NCBI GenBank assembly: GCA_020049855.1
Contig: JAGVLJ010000044.1
Location: 5,900-69,899 of the forward strand
Reading direction: 5' to 3'
Source: Bacteroidia bacterium
Lineage (GTDB): Bacteria > Bacteroidota > Bacteroidia > UKL13-3
DNA: 64,000 nucleotides
Position numbers and translations under genes: made by a program. Position 1 is the stretch's first letter, and each line of letters opens with the position of its first letter. The notes under the pieces were generated by a model. That model saw only the letters and a list, made by a program, of their open reading frames with translations. It was not told the DNA's origin and ran no database searches. Positions 17,198 to 27,900 of this stretch are shown one piece after another.

Positions 17198-18801
17198 TAT
17201 ACAGAAATTGTGTTTTCAAATATATGAATCAATTGCTCATCAATACAAGGGATTGCAATAGATTTTACACCGTTACTTAGCTTCTTGGGGAAATCCCTTC
17301 TCAGGTGACAACCCCTGCTTTCTTTTCGTTTCCATGCGGCATCGGTTACCAAAAAAGCGGTTTGAGTACGGTTCATTTGTTCAATAAGAGCAGGAACTAG
17401 GCCGTACTTACGAATATTACTTTTTATTTCTATCATTTGTTGGGTGAGTACATTCTTAAATAATTTTAGCGTTGTCTCTGTTCTTATAATTCCGCAAAAA
17501 TTCCACATCATGTTTTGTAATTCTAATGGGCTGGCTGTTTGCTGAATTTGTTCATCATGTATTAAATTGGCGGGAGCAATATTTAGTAACGGTTTCCCGG
17601 AATATATTTGATCAACCAAATAGGTGGAAGTTAACCGACTGCAATTGTCAGCCATAACAAGTGCTTCGAGCAGTGAGTTACTTGCCAATCTGTTGGCACC
17701 GTGTAATCCGGTGCAGGCAGATTCTCCAATAGCTGCTAACCCTGGAATCGAAGTTTTGCCACTGGTATCTGTTAAAATTCCACCACAAAAATAATGAGCG
17801 GCTGGAACTACCGGAATCATTTGCCTGGCAGGGTTAACTCCAAATTGAATGCATTGAGAAAAGATATAGGGGAATTGATCGCTTAGCTCTTTTTCACTAA
17901 AAATTGTAGTATCCAAATAAACACATGGAATTTTCAGTAGCTGCATTTGATCGGCAATGGCTCTGGAAACAATATCTCTTGGGGCTAAGGATTCAAGTTT
18001 ATGGTATTGCTTCATAAAACTGCTTCCATTTGGTAGTTTTAATTCGGCTCCATATCCGCGCAATGTTTCACTAATTAAAAAGGAGTTGCCGCTTTTAGTG
18101 TAAAACATAGTAGGATGAAATTGTACAAACTCCATGTTTGACAATAAGGCACCAGCTCTCCATGCCATGGCATATCCGTCACCGGTGGCTCCGGCAGGGT
18201 TTGTATTTTGTTTAAAAATTCCTGCTGCGCCCCCGGTAGCAAGCACGGTTAAATTTGCCCTAATTAATACAAGTTCGTTGCTTGTCTTATTAATGGCCCA
18301 GGCTCCCACACATGTTTTATCTTTCATGTACAAATCTACAATCTGTGTATTTTCAATTACAGTAATGCTTTGGGTATGCTCAATTTTAGATGCAAGATTT
18401 TTTATCAGGTATTCTCCGGTTCTATCCTGTATATGCACCACTCTAGGGTTAGAGTGCCCTCCTTCACGCGACAGGTTCAAAGTGCCATCAGTATTTTGGG
18501 TAAAGTGAAGACCCTCTCTAAGCAATTTGGTGATTACTTCGGGTGCTTTGGAGAGTAGTTCCGTTACGGCATTTAATTCGCTTAAACCGTCTCCTGCTTC
18601 AATGGTGTCGGCTATATGTCTTTGTATGGAATCGCCCTGACTCATTACAGCAGCAATACCACCCTGCGCCCAAAAGGTATTGGAATCAAACAAATTATTT
18701 TTACAAACAAGGGTTACATTAGCCTTCGAAGAGACACTTAAAGCATAATACATTCCGGCTAAACCTGATCCGATAACCAGTATATGAGGACGTGAGTTCA
18801 T
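17197..18801 (-). CDS. nadB: L-aspartate oxidase
   Basis: 534 aa; FAD-binding N-terminus (ILVIGSGLAGMYYAL) and a succinate dehydrogenase/fumarate reductase flavoprotein-like core. Confidence 0.9.
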   Translation of the reverse strand: MNSRPHILVIGSGLAGMYYALSVSSKANVTLVCKNNLFDSNTFWAQGGIAAVMSQGDSIQRHIADTIEAGDGLSELNAVTELLSKAPEVITKLLREGLHFTQNTDGTLNLSREGGHSNPRVVHIQDRTGEYLIKNLASKIEHTQSITVIENTQIVDLYMKDKTCVGAWAINKTSNELVLIRANLTVLATGGAAGIFKQNTNPAGATGDGYAMAWRAGALLSNMEFVQFHPTMFYTKSGNSFLISETLRGYGAELKLPNGSSFMKQYHKLESLAPRDIVSRAIADQMQLLKIPCVYLDTTIFSEKELSDQFPYIFSQCIQFGVNPARQMIPVVPAAHYFCGGILTDTSGKTSIPGLAAIGESACTGLHGANRLASNSLLEALVMADNCSRLTSTYLVDQIYSGKPLLNIAPANLIHDEQIQQTASPLELQNMMWNFCGIIRTETTLKLFKNVLTQQMIEIKSNIRKYGLVPALIEQMNRTQTAFLVTDAAWKRKESRGCHLRRDFPKKLSNGVKSIAIPCIDEQLIHIFENTISV

Positions 18802-18802
18802 A

Positions 18803-19786
18803 TCAGGTAAATTCCATCATTTTTTTTATGGGCTGGTAGGCTTTATGAATTAATTCAGTGCTTAAATTCACCTCAAAATTATCCATTTTATCTACTCCTA
18901 TATGTTCCAGGATTTCCAGTGTTTTCAGCATGGATATTTTTTTCATGTGCGGGCATTTAATGCAGGGAGTTATGAATTCTTTTTCCTGATACATTGTTTT
19001 AAGAGTTGAACCCAAATCACACTCAGAGGCAAGTATAAAGCTGGTACACGAACTTTCTCCAACGTAACGAATAATATCATTAGTGCTGCCAAGTACACCG
19101 CCTGCGTTGGTTAGTGAATCCGATACCGTGGTATCCGGAACTTCCCAGTGTAATAGAAACTCCGAATTGGGGTATTGCATACGCAGCCCCTTGGCCATAT
19201 CGGAAGTAAATTGCTCGTGAACTTCGCATTTTCCATTCCATAGTATAAGGTCTTTTCCGGTTTCTTCTTTTACCTGCTTTGCTAAATTTTGTCCCATGTA
19301 TAAATCAGGAACAAAAATTATTTCTGGTGAATCTATCGAGCGGATGATGGCTAATGCATTTCTTGAGGTGCAACATACATCACAGGCGGCTTTAGTCTCT
19401 GCATAGGTATTGATATAAGCTACCACCGGAGTGTCGGGATATTTTGCCTTTAAGGCATTCACATCTGCTGCTGTAATGCTTGATGCCAGTGAACATCCAG
19501 CTTCCTTGTCAGGTATATAAACATGTTTATCCGGGCTTAAAATTTTGGCTGTTTCTGCCATAAAATAAACTCCGCAAAATATTATATGATCTGCTGTTGT
19601 TTTTGCTGCTTCCACACTTAGGCCTAATGAATCTCCCACAAAGTCTGCAATGCCCCCGGCCGTTTCCTTCAATTGTAAATCGGGGCTCATGTAGTAATGA
19701 GAAAGTATAACAGCATTCTTTTCTTTCTTTAGTTTGTTGATTCGGAGAATTAGTTCTTTTCCCGATATTATTGGTTCTTGTATCAT
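18803..19786 (-). CDS. nadA: quinolinate synthase
   Basis: 327 aa; NadA family (ILSHYYM..., conserved Cys ligands). 1 bp gap to nadB. Confidence 0.9.
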   Translation of the reverse strand: MIQEPIISGKELILRINKLKKEKNAVILSHYYMSPDLQLKETAGGIADFVGDSLGLSVEAAKTTADHIIFCGVYFMAETAKILSPDKHVYIPDKEAGCSLASSITAADVNALKAKYPDTPVVAYINTYAETKAACDVCCTSRNALAIIRSIDSPEIIFVPDLYMGQNLAKQVKEETGKDLILWNGKCEVHEQFTSDMAKGLRMQYPNSEFLLHWEVPDTTVSDSLTNAGGVLGSTNDIIRYVGESSCTSFILASECDLGSTLKTMYQEKEFITPCIKCPHMKKISMLKTLEILEHIGVDKMDNFEVNLSTELIHKAYQPIKKMMEFT

Positions 19787-19843
19787 GCGTGCAAAGATCT
19801 CCGCAATGGCAAATCAATACCATGATCTTAATCATTAATGAAG

Positions 19844-19857
19844 TTGATGATTATCAA
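19844..19857. promoter_or_regulatory. perfect FNR consensus box TTGAT-N4-ATCAA in the divergent nadA / peroxidase-pair promoter region
   Basis: TTGATgattATCAA matches 10 of 10. It is centred about 56 bp upstream of the 19907 ATG and about 64 bp upstream of the nadA ATG. Confidence 0.5.
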
Positions 19858-19906
19858 CTATCGAACACTCTTTAACGCCTAACTTCGTTTTACTGGTTTT
19901 TGTACT

Positions 19907-20644
19907 ATGAGGGGTTTAATAATTTATTGGGGTATCGGGTTGATACTATTTTCTTTTTTCTCGTGTCAAAGAAATAATCGAGATACGCCAAAACCTAAAG
20001 TGATTTCACCTATAAAGGTGGATATGAGTTTTAATGTGAACGGAGTTCCTTTACGGGTTGATACTATTCAATTTCGCAACCTTTCGGGAAATAGTTTTAG
20101 TATCACTCGTCTTGACTTCTATATTTCAAATATCGAAATTACTTCTGTTACCGGGGCTATTTATAAATCAACAAAATTTTTTTATGTAAGTGCTCGTGAC
20201 ACATCAACGTATCATTTTACGGTAAATGGTCTGCCACTCACAGGAATTACTTCATTTCGCTGCTGTATTGGCTTATCAGCTTCGCAAAATATCAGTAATT
20301 CATTAACACCCACACAGGCTAATTTGAATATGGCGTGGCCGGATAATATGGGGGGAGGATACCATTTTCTAAAACTCGAGGGGCATTACATTGCATCAAA
20401 TCTTCAGGTTTATGGTTATGCCATGCATTTAGGCAAAAATCAAAATCTGGTAGAGATTACTCTCTCAACTCCACTATACGAATCGCAAGTTTCAAATGGA
20501 ATAAAATTAGCAATGGATGTTGCCAAATGGTATAATGCGCCTGCTAAAATTGATTTGAACAATACCAATTACACTATGGGTATTGATAGCCTTATGGCTA
20601 AACTTTCGCAAAATGGAAAAAATGTTTTAAGCATAACAAATTAA
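19907..20644 (+). CDS. periplasmic lipoprotein partnered with a di-heme peroxidase (MbnP-like?)
   Basis: 245 aa; lipoprotein signal (FFSCQ). 3-bp gap to the di-heme CCP gene, the arrangement seen in MbnP-MbnH pairs. Family assignment is by context only. Confidence 0.5.
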   Translation: MRGLIIYWGIGLILFSFFSCQRNNRDTPKPKVISPIKVDMSFNVNGVPLRVDTIQFRNLSGNSFSITRLDFYISNIEITSVTGAIYKSTKFFYVSARDTSTYHFTVNGLPLTGITSFRCCIGLSASQNISNSLTPTQANLNMAWPDNMGGGYHFLKLEGHYIASNLQVYGYAMHLGKNQNLVEITLSTPLYESQVSNGIKLAMDVAKWYNAPAKIDLNNTNYTMGIDSLMAKLSQNGKNVLSITN

Positions 20645-20647
20645 GAT

Positions 20648-21691
20648 ATGAGATACATTGCTATACTTCTGTTTGTTGTTTTGATGATTAAATGCAGGCA
20701 AAAGGACAATATTGCAAATACGGACTACGGTGTTGATTATCCTACCCCGTATAATTTTCAGGTTCCTCAGGGTTTTCCTCAGCCCTACTTTTCATCTGAC
20801 AACCCGCTGACAAATGAAGGAGTGGATTTGGGTAAGCGACTTTATTCCGATGCAATTCTTTCATCAAACGGACTCAGTTGTTCGTCATGCCACAGGCGCA
20901 GTAAATCATTCTCCTCTCCTTATTATATTACACCTACTGGCGATAAAATCAGCATTCCTCCGCATATAAATCTTGTTTTTAATCCCGACTATAACTGGAA
21001 CGGCTCGATAACTAAACTTGAATTGCTGCCGATGGGTGATTTTGAACCGCAATTTTTTAATACCAATGCCGATACCCTTTTTTACAGGCTATCGCATCAC
21101 CCTCTTTATCCGCAGCTTTTTTTCAAAGCATTTGGAATAACAAATTTTTATACACTAAGCTACGAAGAGTTAAAAATGACTATTTGCAAAGCACTTGTTC
21201 AGTATATACGTACCATGGTTTCTGCCAATTCAAAACTCGATCGGTATCAACTTAAAGGAGGGGCACTCACTCAAGAAGAACATGATGGGATGTATGTGTT
21301 TTTCTCAGAGCGGGGAGATTGTTTTCATTGCCATGGCTATCCGCTTTTTAGTGATAACCTATACCACAATAACGGACTCAATAATCAGTTTATAGGACAG
21401 GATGCTGGTAGAAATCTAATCACTCATGCTGCTAGCGATTTGGGCATGTTCAGTACACCCACACTTCGCAATATTGAATTAACAGCTCCTTACATGCATG
21501 ATGGGCGCTATACTACTTTGGAAGAGGTTGTGGAGTTTTATAATTCGGGCGTAAAGTTTTCCCGCACCATCGACCCTATTATGACCAAACCGGGTAAGGA
21601 AAGCGGACTTCAACTTACTGCTTATGAAAAGTTGAGTCTGGTGGCTTTTCTTAAGACGTTAACCGATACTTCTTTTATTTCAGCTAAATAA
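20648..21691 (+). CDS. di-heme cytochrome c peroxidase (CCP/MauG/MbnH family)
   Basis: 347 aa; two heme c motifs (CSSCH, CFHCH) at the spacing typical of bacterial di-heme CCP/MauG. Confidence 0.85.
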   Translation: MRYIAILLFVVLMIKCRQKDNIANTDYGVDYPTPYNFQVPQGFPQPYFSSDNPLTNEGVDLGKRLYSDAILSSNGLSCSSCHRRSKSFSSPYYITPTGDKISIPPHINLVFNPDYNWNGSITKLELLPMGDFEPQFFNTNADTLFYRLSHHPLYPQLFFKAFGITNFYTLSYEELKMTICKALVQYIRTMVSANSKLDRYQLKGGALTQEEHDGMYVFFSERGDCFHCHGYPLFSDNLYHNNGLNNQFIGQDAGRNLITHAASDLGMFSTPTLRNIELTAPYMHDGRYTTLEEVVEFYNSGVKFSRTIDPIMTKPGKESGLQLTAYEKLSLVAFLKTLTDTSFISAK

Positions 21692-21693
21692 AA

Positions 21694-21720
21694 AAGCCCG
21701 CAGTTGCGGAGCTTTTTTAT
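21694..21720 (+). terminator. Rho-independent terminator after the peroxidase gene
   Basis: AAAAAGCCCGCAGTTGCGGAGCTTTTTTAT: stem CCGCA/TGCGG followed by a T-run. Confidence 0.55.
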
Positions 21721-22036
21721 GATTGTAAACTTTATACCTAAAAATGAATAAAAGAGAATGCGATAGGTTGTATTAAGCGTTAACTTATCTGCTTGTAGAA
21801 ATATTTAGTGACGTTTTTGAAACTGATTTTAAACAGTGGGATGAATTTTTGGATAAATGTGAAATGGCGGCTACGGTTAATAACAATAGAAAGATCATTG
21901 CTTTGCTTTTGTTCATTTCCAATCGTGTTTTCATGTTAAAATCTCCTTTCGTTCACTCTTAGAACGCAGAAACTTTACCAAAAAATTTATTATTGCTCAG
22001 AAAAAATATAATTAACTGTAAATTAGGATTAAATAT

Positions 22037-22822
22037 TTACAAACAGGCTGTCCGTCCCCCGTCAACAGGTACATTTATTCCATTTATGTAGGCAGCCTGA
22101 GGGGAGGCTAAAAAAACGGCAACAAAAGCAATTTCGCTTGGATTGGCAAACCGGCCTGCAGGGATTTCGTGCAGCATTTCTGCCTCTACTTCAGTTACGT
22201 CTACCCCTGTTTTAACAGCTTTATTTTTCGCAATGGTTTCTAAACGCACAGTTTTGGTAGCACCTGGTAAAATATTGTTCACAGTAATTCCACAAGGAGC
22301 TACTTCAATGGATAACGTCTTTGACCAATTTGCGACTGCGGCTCGGGTGGTATTTGAAACACCTAATCCACGAATGGGTTGTTTTACAGAGGTAGAAATG
22401 ATGTTGATGATGCGTCCGTATTGGTGTTGTTTCATACCGGGCAGACACGCCTGAGCAAGAATGTGGTTGCAAATAAGATGCTGATTATAGGCATTTAAAA
22501 ATTCTTCAATTTTGGCATCACTTATCAGACCTCCTGCAGGCCCTCCGGTATTATTTACCAAAATATCAATATGTTTTCCGGTGGTATATGCCATAACAAC
22601 ATTTTTAACCTGTTCGGGGTTACTGAAGTCGGCAATGATATATTCATGCGCATTGGTGTTGATGCTATTCAGTACCGACAGAACCTCTTTAAGTGAGTTT
22701 TCGTTACGCCCAATCAGTGTAACGGCTGCATTACTCTTAGCCATTTCGATGGCAATGGCTTTACCTATCCCCTGGGTGCTTCCGCAAACCAGTGCCCTTT
22801 TTCCTGATAAATCTATAATCAT
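22037..22822 (-). CDS. SDR family oxidoreductase (3-oxoacyl-ACP reductase-like)
   Basis: GxxxGxG (CGSTQGIGKAIA), NNTG motif and YxxxK-like catalytic region. Start set at MIIDLSGK (22822) to avoid head-to-head overlap with the neighbouring gene. Confidence 0.8.
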   Translation of the reverse strand: MIIDLSGKRALVCGSTQGIGKAIAIEMAKSNAAVTLIGRNENSLKEVLSVLNSINTNAHEYIIADFSNPEQVKNVVMAYTTGKHIDILVNNTGGPAGGLISDAKIEEFLNAYNQHLICNHILAQACLPGMKQHQYGRIINIISTSVKQPIRGLGVSNTTRAAVANWSKTLSIEVAPCGITVNNILPGATKTVRLETIAKNKAVKTGVDVTEVEAEMLHEIPAGRFANPSEIAFVAVFLASPQAAYINGINVPVDGGRTACL

Positions 22823-22860
22823 TTTATAGTATGTTTGATGGAAACAAAATTTCTTCAAAT

Positions 22861-24948
22861 ATGCGAAAACTGTTGAGTATAGTGTTCATCTTTTTTTTCG
22901 GGCTTGTATCGGCCCAGCAGGTAATAACCCCCGAATTTTTATGGAAACTCGGTCGCATTAATGAATTTGATATATCTCCTGATGGCAAAACGGTAATTTA
23001 TGTAGTTAAGCGGTATGATTTGGCTGCCAATAAAGGGAAGAGTTTTTTGTACAGCATACCTGTTGCCGGTGGCGAACCCAAACTACTGGCCGATGATTCG
23101 TGGAATGTGAATTCGGTGAAGTTTGAAAAGGTAGGAAGAGGCATCACTTTTTTAAGTGCTAAAAGCGGGGAAATGCAATTATGGCAAATGAACCGGGATG
23201 GTAGTAACTTAAAACAGGTTATCATAGTGCCCGGAGGCATCAATGGATACCTGTATTCGCCCGATGAGAAAAAACTGGTATTTGCTGCAGATGTGAAAAC
23301 GGGGAAAACAATGAAAGAGATATATCCGGATTTACCAATGGCTACCGGTCGTGTGGCAGACGGCCTTTTATACCGCCACTGGGATAGTTGGGAGGATGAG
23401 TATAGTTCGCATCTTTTCTGGGTTGAATTATCGGAAATTACTATAGGGAAAATTAGTTTAGGAAAGGATTTGCTGGAAGGAGAACCTTATGATGCCCCTA
23501 CACAACCCTTCGGAGGTATGGAAGAAGTGAGCTGGAGTCCGGATGGGAAGTATATTACGTATACGAGTAAAAAACTGAAAGGAACGGATGAGGCTACCAG
23601 CACTAACACGGATATTTTTCTTTATGAACTGTCTACGGGTAAAACGATGAATCTTTCCTACGGTATGAACGGATATGATAAAAATCCGCAGTTTTCGCCC
23701 GATGGTTCGCGCCTTGCCTGGTTAAGCATGAAAACTCCGGGCTACGAGAGCGACAAGAACCGAATCATCATTTTTGATCTTCGCAAAAACTGGTATACTT
23801 ATTCACCGATGAGAGAAGATGACATGATGAAAACCTTTGGTGGAGATTTAACAAAAAATTTCTCCTACTCGGTAGAGAATTTTATTTGGGAGGCTCCGGC
23901 ACGAATTTATTTCACAGCTACCATCAATGCCACTCAGCAACTATTTACAAATGATTTATTGAGTAAAGACCCTACTATTGTTCAGCTTACCAAAGGAGAT
24001 CATGATATTACTGATCTGAAGAGTTATACCCAAGGTAAGAAGCCAATGCTGGTGGTTTCCCTAATGAGTATGTGCAGTCCTACGGAGTTGTATACAGTAA
24101 ATTTTCAAAGTGGAGTATTGACACAACTAACTTTTGAAACTACTAAACTGATGTCGGGGGTAAAGCTGGGTAAAGTAGAAAAGCGGATGATTAAAACAAC
24201 GGATGGAAAGGAAATGTTGACATGGGTAATTTTACCTCCGGATTTTGATCCAGCGAAAAAATATCCCGCTTTGTTGTATTGTCAGGGTGGTCCGCAAAGT
24301 CCGGTATCACAATTTTTTAGTTATCGGTGGAATTTTCAGTTAATGGCTGCCCGTGGATACATTGTGGTAGCACCAAACCGTAGGGGTTTGCCCGGATTTG
24401 GTTCTGAGTGGAATGATGCCATTACAGGAGATTATGGCGGGCAGTGCATGAAAGATTACCTGAGTGCAATTGATTCGGTAGCAAAAGAGCCTTATGTAAA
24501 CAAAGATAAACTTGGAGCCGTAGGAGCCAGCTTTGGAGGATTTTCGGTGTATTGGTTGGCTGGAAATCACAACAAGCGGTTCAAGTGTTTTATTGCACAC
24601 TGCGGAATGTTTAATATGGAAAGCTGGTATGGCAGTACCGAAGAAATGTTCTTTGCCAATCATGATAATAACGGACCTTATTGGCAGGAGCCAAAGCCGG
24701 CCAACTTCTCCGCTTCTCCTCACCTGTTTGTGAAAAAATGGGATACCCCAATTCTGGTTATTCATAATGAAAAAGATTTTCGGGTGCCTGTTACCCAGGG
24801 AATGGAAGCTTTTACGGCAGCCCAGATGCAGGGAATACCCAGTCGGTTTTTGTGTTTTCCCGATGAAAATCATTGGATGCTTAAACCTCAGAATTCTGTT
24901 TTGTGGCAACGGGAATTTTTTAAATGGATAGATCAGTGGCTAAAGTAA
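22861..24948 (+). CDS. S9 family peptidase (prolyl oligopeptidase/dipeptidyl aminopeptidase type) with N-terminal beta-propeller
   Basis: Signal peptide starting at MRKLLSIVFIFFF. C-terminal alpha/beta hydrolase domain with GxSxGG (GASFGG) nucleophile elbow plus Asp/His. Confidence 0.85.
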   Translation: MRKLLSIVFIFFFGLVSAQQVITPEFLWKLGRINEFDISPDGKTVIYVVKRYDLAANKGKSFLYSIPVAGGEPKLLADDSWNVNSVKFEKVGRGITFLSAKSGEMQLWQMNRDGSNLKQVIIVPGGINGYLYSPDEKKLVFAADVKTGKTMKEIYPDLPMATGRVADGLLYRHWDSWEDEYSSHLFWVELSEITIGKISLGKDLLEGEPYDAPTQPFGGMEEVSWSPDGKYITYTSKKLKGTDEATSTNTDIFLYELSTGKTMNLSYGMNGYDKNPQFSPDGSRLAWLSMKTPGYESDKNRIIIFDLRKNWYTYSPMREDDMMKTFGGDLTKNFSYSVENFIWEAPARIYFTATINATQQLFTNDLLSKDPTIVQLTKGDHDITDLKSYTQGKKPMLVVSLMSMCSPTELYTVNFQSGVLTQLTFETTKLMSGVKLGKVEKRMIKTTDGKEMLTWVILPPDFDPAKKYPALLYCQGGPQSPVSQFFSYRWNFQLMAARGYIVVAPNRRGLPGFGSEWNDAITGDYGGQCMKDYLSAIDSVAKEPYVNKDKLGAVGASFGGFSVYWLAGNHNKRFKCFIAHCGMFNMESWYGSTEEMFFANHDNNGPYWQEPKPANFSASPHLFVKKWDTPILVIHNEKDFRVPVTQGMEAFTAAQMQGIPSRFLCFPDENHWMLKPQNSVLWQREFFKWIDQWLK

Positions 24949-24994
24949 AAGAAGCGCAACCATTTAATCAAAGTTGAGTCTATAAAAATACCGG

Positions 24995-27900
24995 ATGAAT
25001 CCCCCCATTTCAAGAATTAGAGTCTTTCTTTTCTTTTGTTTGCCACTGTTGTATTGCCATACAGCAATAGCACAAACATGTTCGTTCTCTGCTTCTACCT
25101 TGCGGGTTTGTTTAGGCACACCCCTTACATTTACTCCGGTCTTTTCCGGGGGCACTCCTGCCAAGTTTGAATGGGATTATGGGGACAGCAAAAAGGATTC
25201 GGTTCAAAAACCATCTTATAAATACAATAGCATCGGAACTTTTAGTGTAACGCTGAAAATAACATTCGTAGGAGGAGCCATTTGTAATGCAGGGCCGTTA
25301 AGCATCACGGTGCTTCCGCTTCCGGTAGCTGATATGACGGTAGAGTCGTTTCCGGTTCAATGTTTTCTGGGAAATTATTTTTGCCTCAAAGACCGATCAT
25401 ATGCTACGGCCGCTCCTTTAAGCAAACGGACTATTTTGTGGGGCGATGGCGGTGCCATTCAAAATACTCCATTATCTCAAAAAGATTTTTGTCAGAGCTA
25501 TGCTTCTATTGGTACGTTTACTCCGGTAATTGAAGTAGCCGACACCAATGGATGTATTGCACGAAAGGAATTGAAGGATGCAATAAAGATAGCAGTTGAT
25601 GTGGATGCTGCTTTTACCTATAGTACTATATTTGGCTGTGGAATCAGATCGGGGTTTTTATATAACAAATATCTCACCGACCGGAATGATGTGAAAAACT
25701 TCTGGTGGGATTTTGGAGACGGAAGTCCACCGGTGAAAAATCCTAACCTGGGGTGGGACTCAATAGGGTATTTTTATGATAAGCCCGGTACGTTTATTGC
25801 CAAACTTATTTTTGAATCTACGGGTGGTTGTTTCGATACGTTCGCATTGCCAATTATCAACTATCCTAAGCCCAATTTTAATATTACCAGAAGTATCTCA
25901 CCCAACCCTGTATGCTACCGGGACAGAGCCTCGGTTTTTCTTTCTGCCTCGCCTTCTCCCCAGGTGGTTTATACATGGGTCATCTTTGATGAGTTTGGGC
26001 AAAACCCACAGCCATTGATGGGGAGAACAACGTATGTGCCATCTAATTTTATTACCAGTTGTGGCGATTTCCCGATTCGATTACAAGCTGGGATTATGGG
26101 TTGTGACACGATTTTTCCTTTTGATACCATTCACGTAAAGGGGCCAATGGCAGATTTAGAACGCACACCATTTACAATCGGAAATAAATACCAATGCGAT
26201 GGTGATACAGCTTATCTGCCTCCTAACAATATACACTTCTCGGATTTTTGCAGCACAAGTATTAAGTTTCTATGGAATTTTGGCGACCCCTATGCAGCAC
26301 AATGCACTACTGACACGAGAAAAGGAATTAATACAGGTATGAACTGTAACTTTTCACAAGACTCAATCCAAGTAAAGCATAAGTATAAATCCGGGGTAGA
26401 TAGTTGCTACAATGTTCGGATGTATTTAATCGATACCGTTACCGGATGTTGGGATTATGATTCGGCTAATGTAGTGGTAGGATCGCCCAAATCTACACGT
26501 ATAACCGCTTCCAAGCCGTGGTGTTTATACATTCCAATTGAATTTGACCTTGATAATGCCGAACCCCAATGTGAAAAGCAGAATGTTTGGATAATGCCAG
26601 ATTCGGCATGTGGTAACAGAACCTGGATCAAACTGTATGATCCGAATTTCCGTTGGATTTATGACTACACTTGCAACTCAAGCGGATGGGTAACAGTAGG
26701 GTTTATTGTACAAAACGGAAACTGCTATGATACCACTTGGTATCACAACATGATGTATTTTAAAGATTTTGACGGGAGTATTGTTACCAAAGTTGACAGA
26801 ACTTGTGACAGCTTGCGTATTACTATTTCCTTCAGGGATTCCCTCCAAAAGGGGGTTTCACTTGTAAGATGGGACTTTGAAAACGGAGCATTTATTATCG
26901 TTGATACGCTTGATTCAAATTACGTCAAACTTCCATCCCGTAGCTATACCTATTACCAGCCTGGAATAAAAACACCACTGGTAACATTGCGAAATGACAG
27001 CGGGTGCGAACGTTATGCCTATACAGTTATTAACTGGGGACATTATGCTACTTTTCGCTACGATTCTGTAATTTGCTCTAATTCGCAGGTGACGTTTGTT
27101 GATTCGGTGCGATATTTTCACCAGGTAATGACCATTGATACAGTTCCCTGGTGGCGAAGGGATACAACCCGTCACAAGTTGTTCTGGGACTTTGGTGATG
27201 GATCCGCAATTGTACGCGGAGCTATACCCTCTCATATTTACACAATGCCCGGCATTTATACCGTAAAAATGACTTCGGTGGATAGTTTTAATTGTGCCTA
27301 TGTAACCGAGCGAAAGATACGGGTTGGCGGAGTAAAGGCAGGATTCGGTCTATCGGATACCTTATTTGTTTGCGGGCAAATTGTGCGATCATATGATTCG
27401 TCAGTTGTTTTACCACAGCAACTATCCGGTTACCCCCAATTGGATTCGGTAGTAGCATGGACCTGGAATTTCGGAGATGGGAAAACATTCAGTCGTTTGA
27501 AAAATCCGTACCATGACTATACAAGTTATGGTCAATTCAAGATTACGCTTACCGCATTTAACTCCAATGGTTGTATGGATTCAGTTACAAAGGTTCTTCG
27601 CATCAAGGGGCCGCAACCTTTTTTTGAGGTAGATGGAGATACTATTGGCTGTGTACCCTTTACGGTTAAATTCAAAAATACATCGGTTGATACCAAATAC
27701 TGGGTGTGGGGCTATGGGGATTCAACAGTTTACTCAAGCAGTATTTTCGAAAATGTGCAACACACTTATACAAAGCCGGGCATTTACGATGTGCGGGTCT
27801 CGGGAGTAGATAGTTTTCAAAATCCCATTACACAAAATTTATACTATTGTACAGGCATATTTCCTGATATTTTAAATCCTTTCCAAAAACGCATTCGCAT

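Noticed and set aside
21790-21933. Small minus-strand ORF (about 47 aa, MKTRLEMNKSKAMIFLLLLTVAAISHLSKN...) in the spacer after the peroxidase operon
   Set aside because: It is short, with no homology cues and no clear start context. It is mentioned only as a possible small-protein gene and is not reported as a feature.
22823-22860. Head-to-head overlap of the SDR (ORF to 22858) and S9 peptidase (ORF from 22831) genes
   Set aside because: Both longest ORFs include implausible N-terminal extensions. Internal starts (MIIDLSGK at 22822; MRKLLSIVFIFFF signal peptide at 22861) give standard N-termini and a 38-bp divergent spacer.
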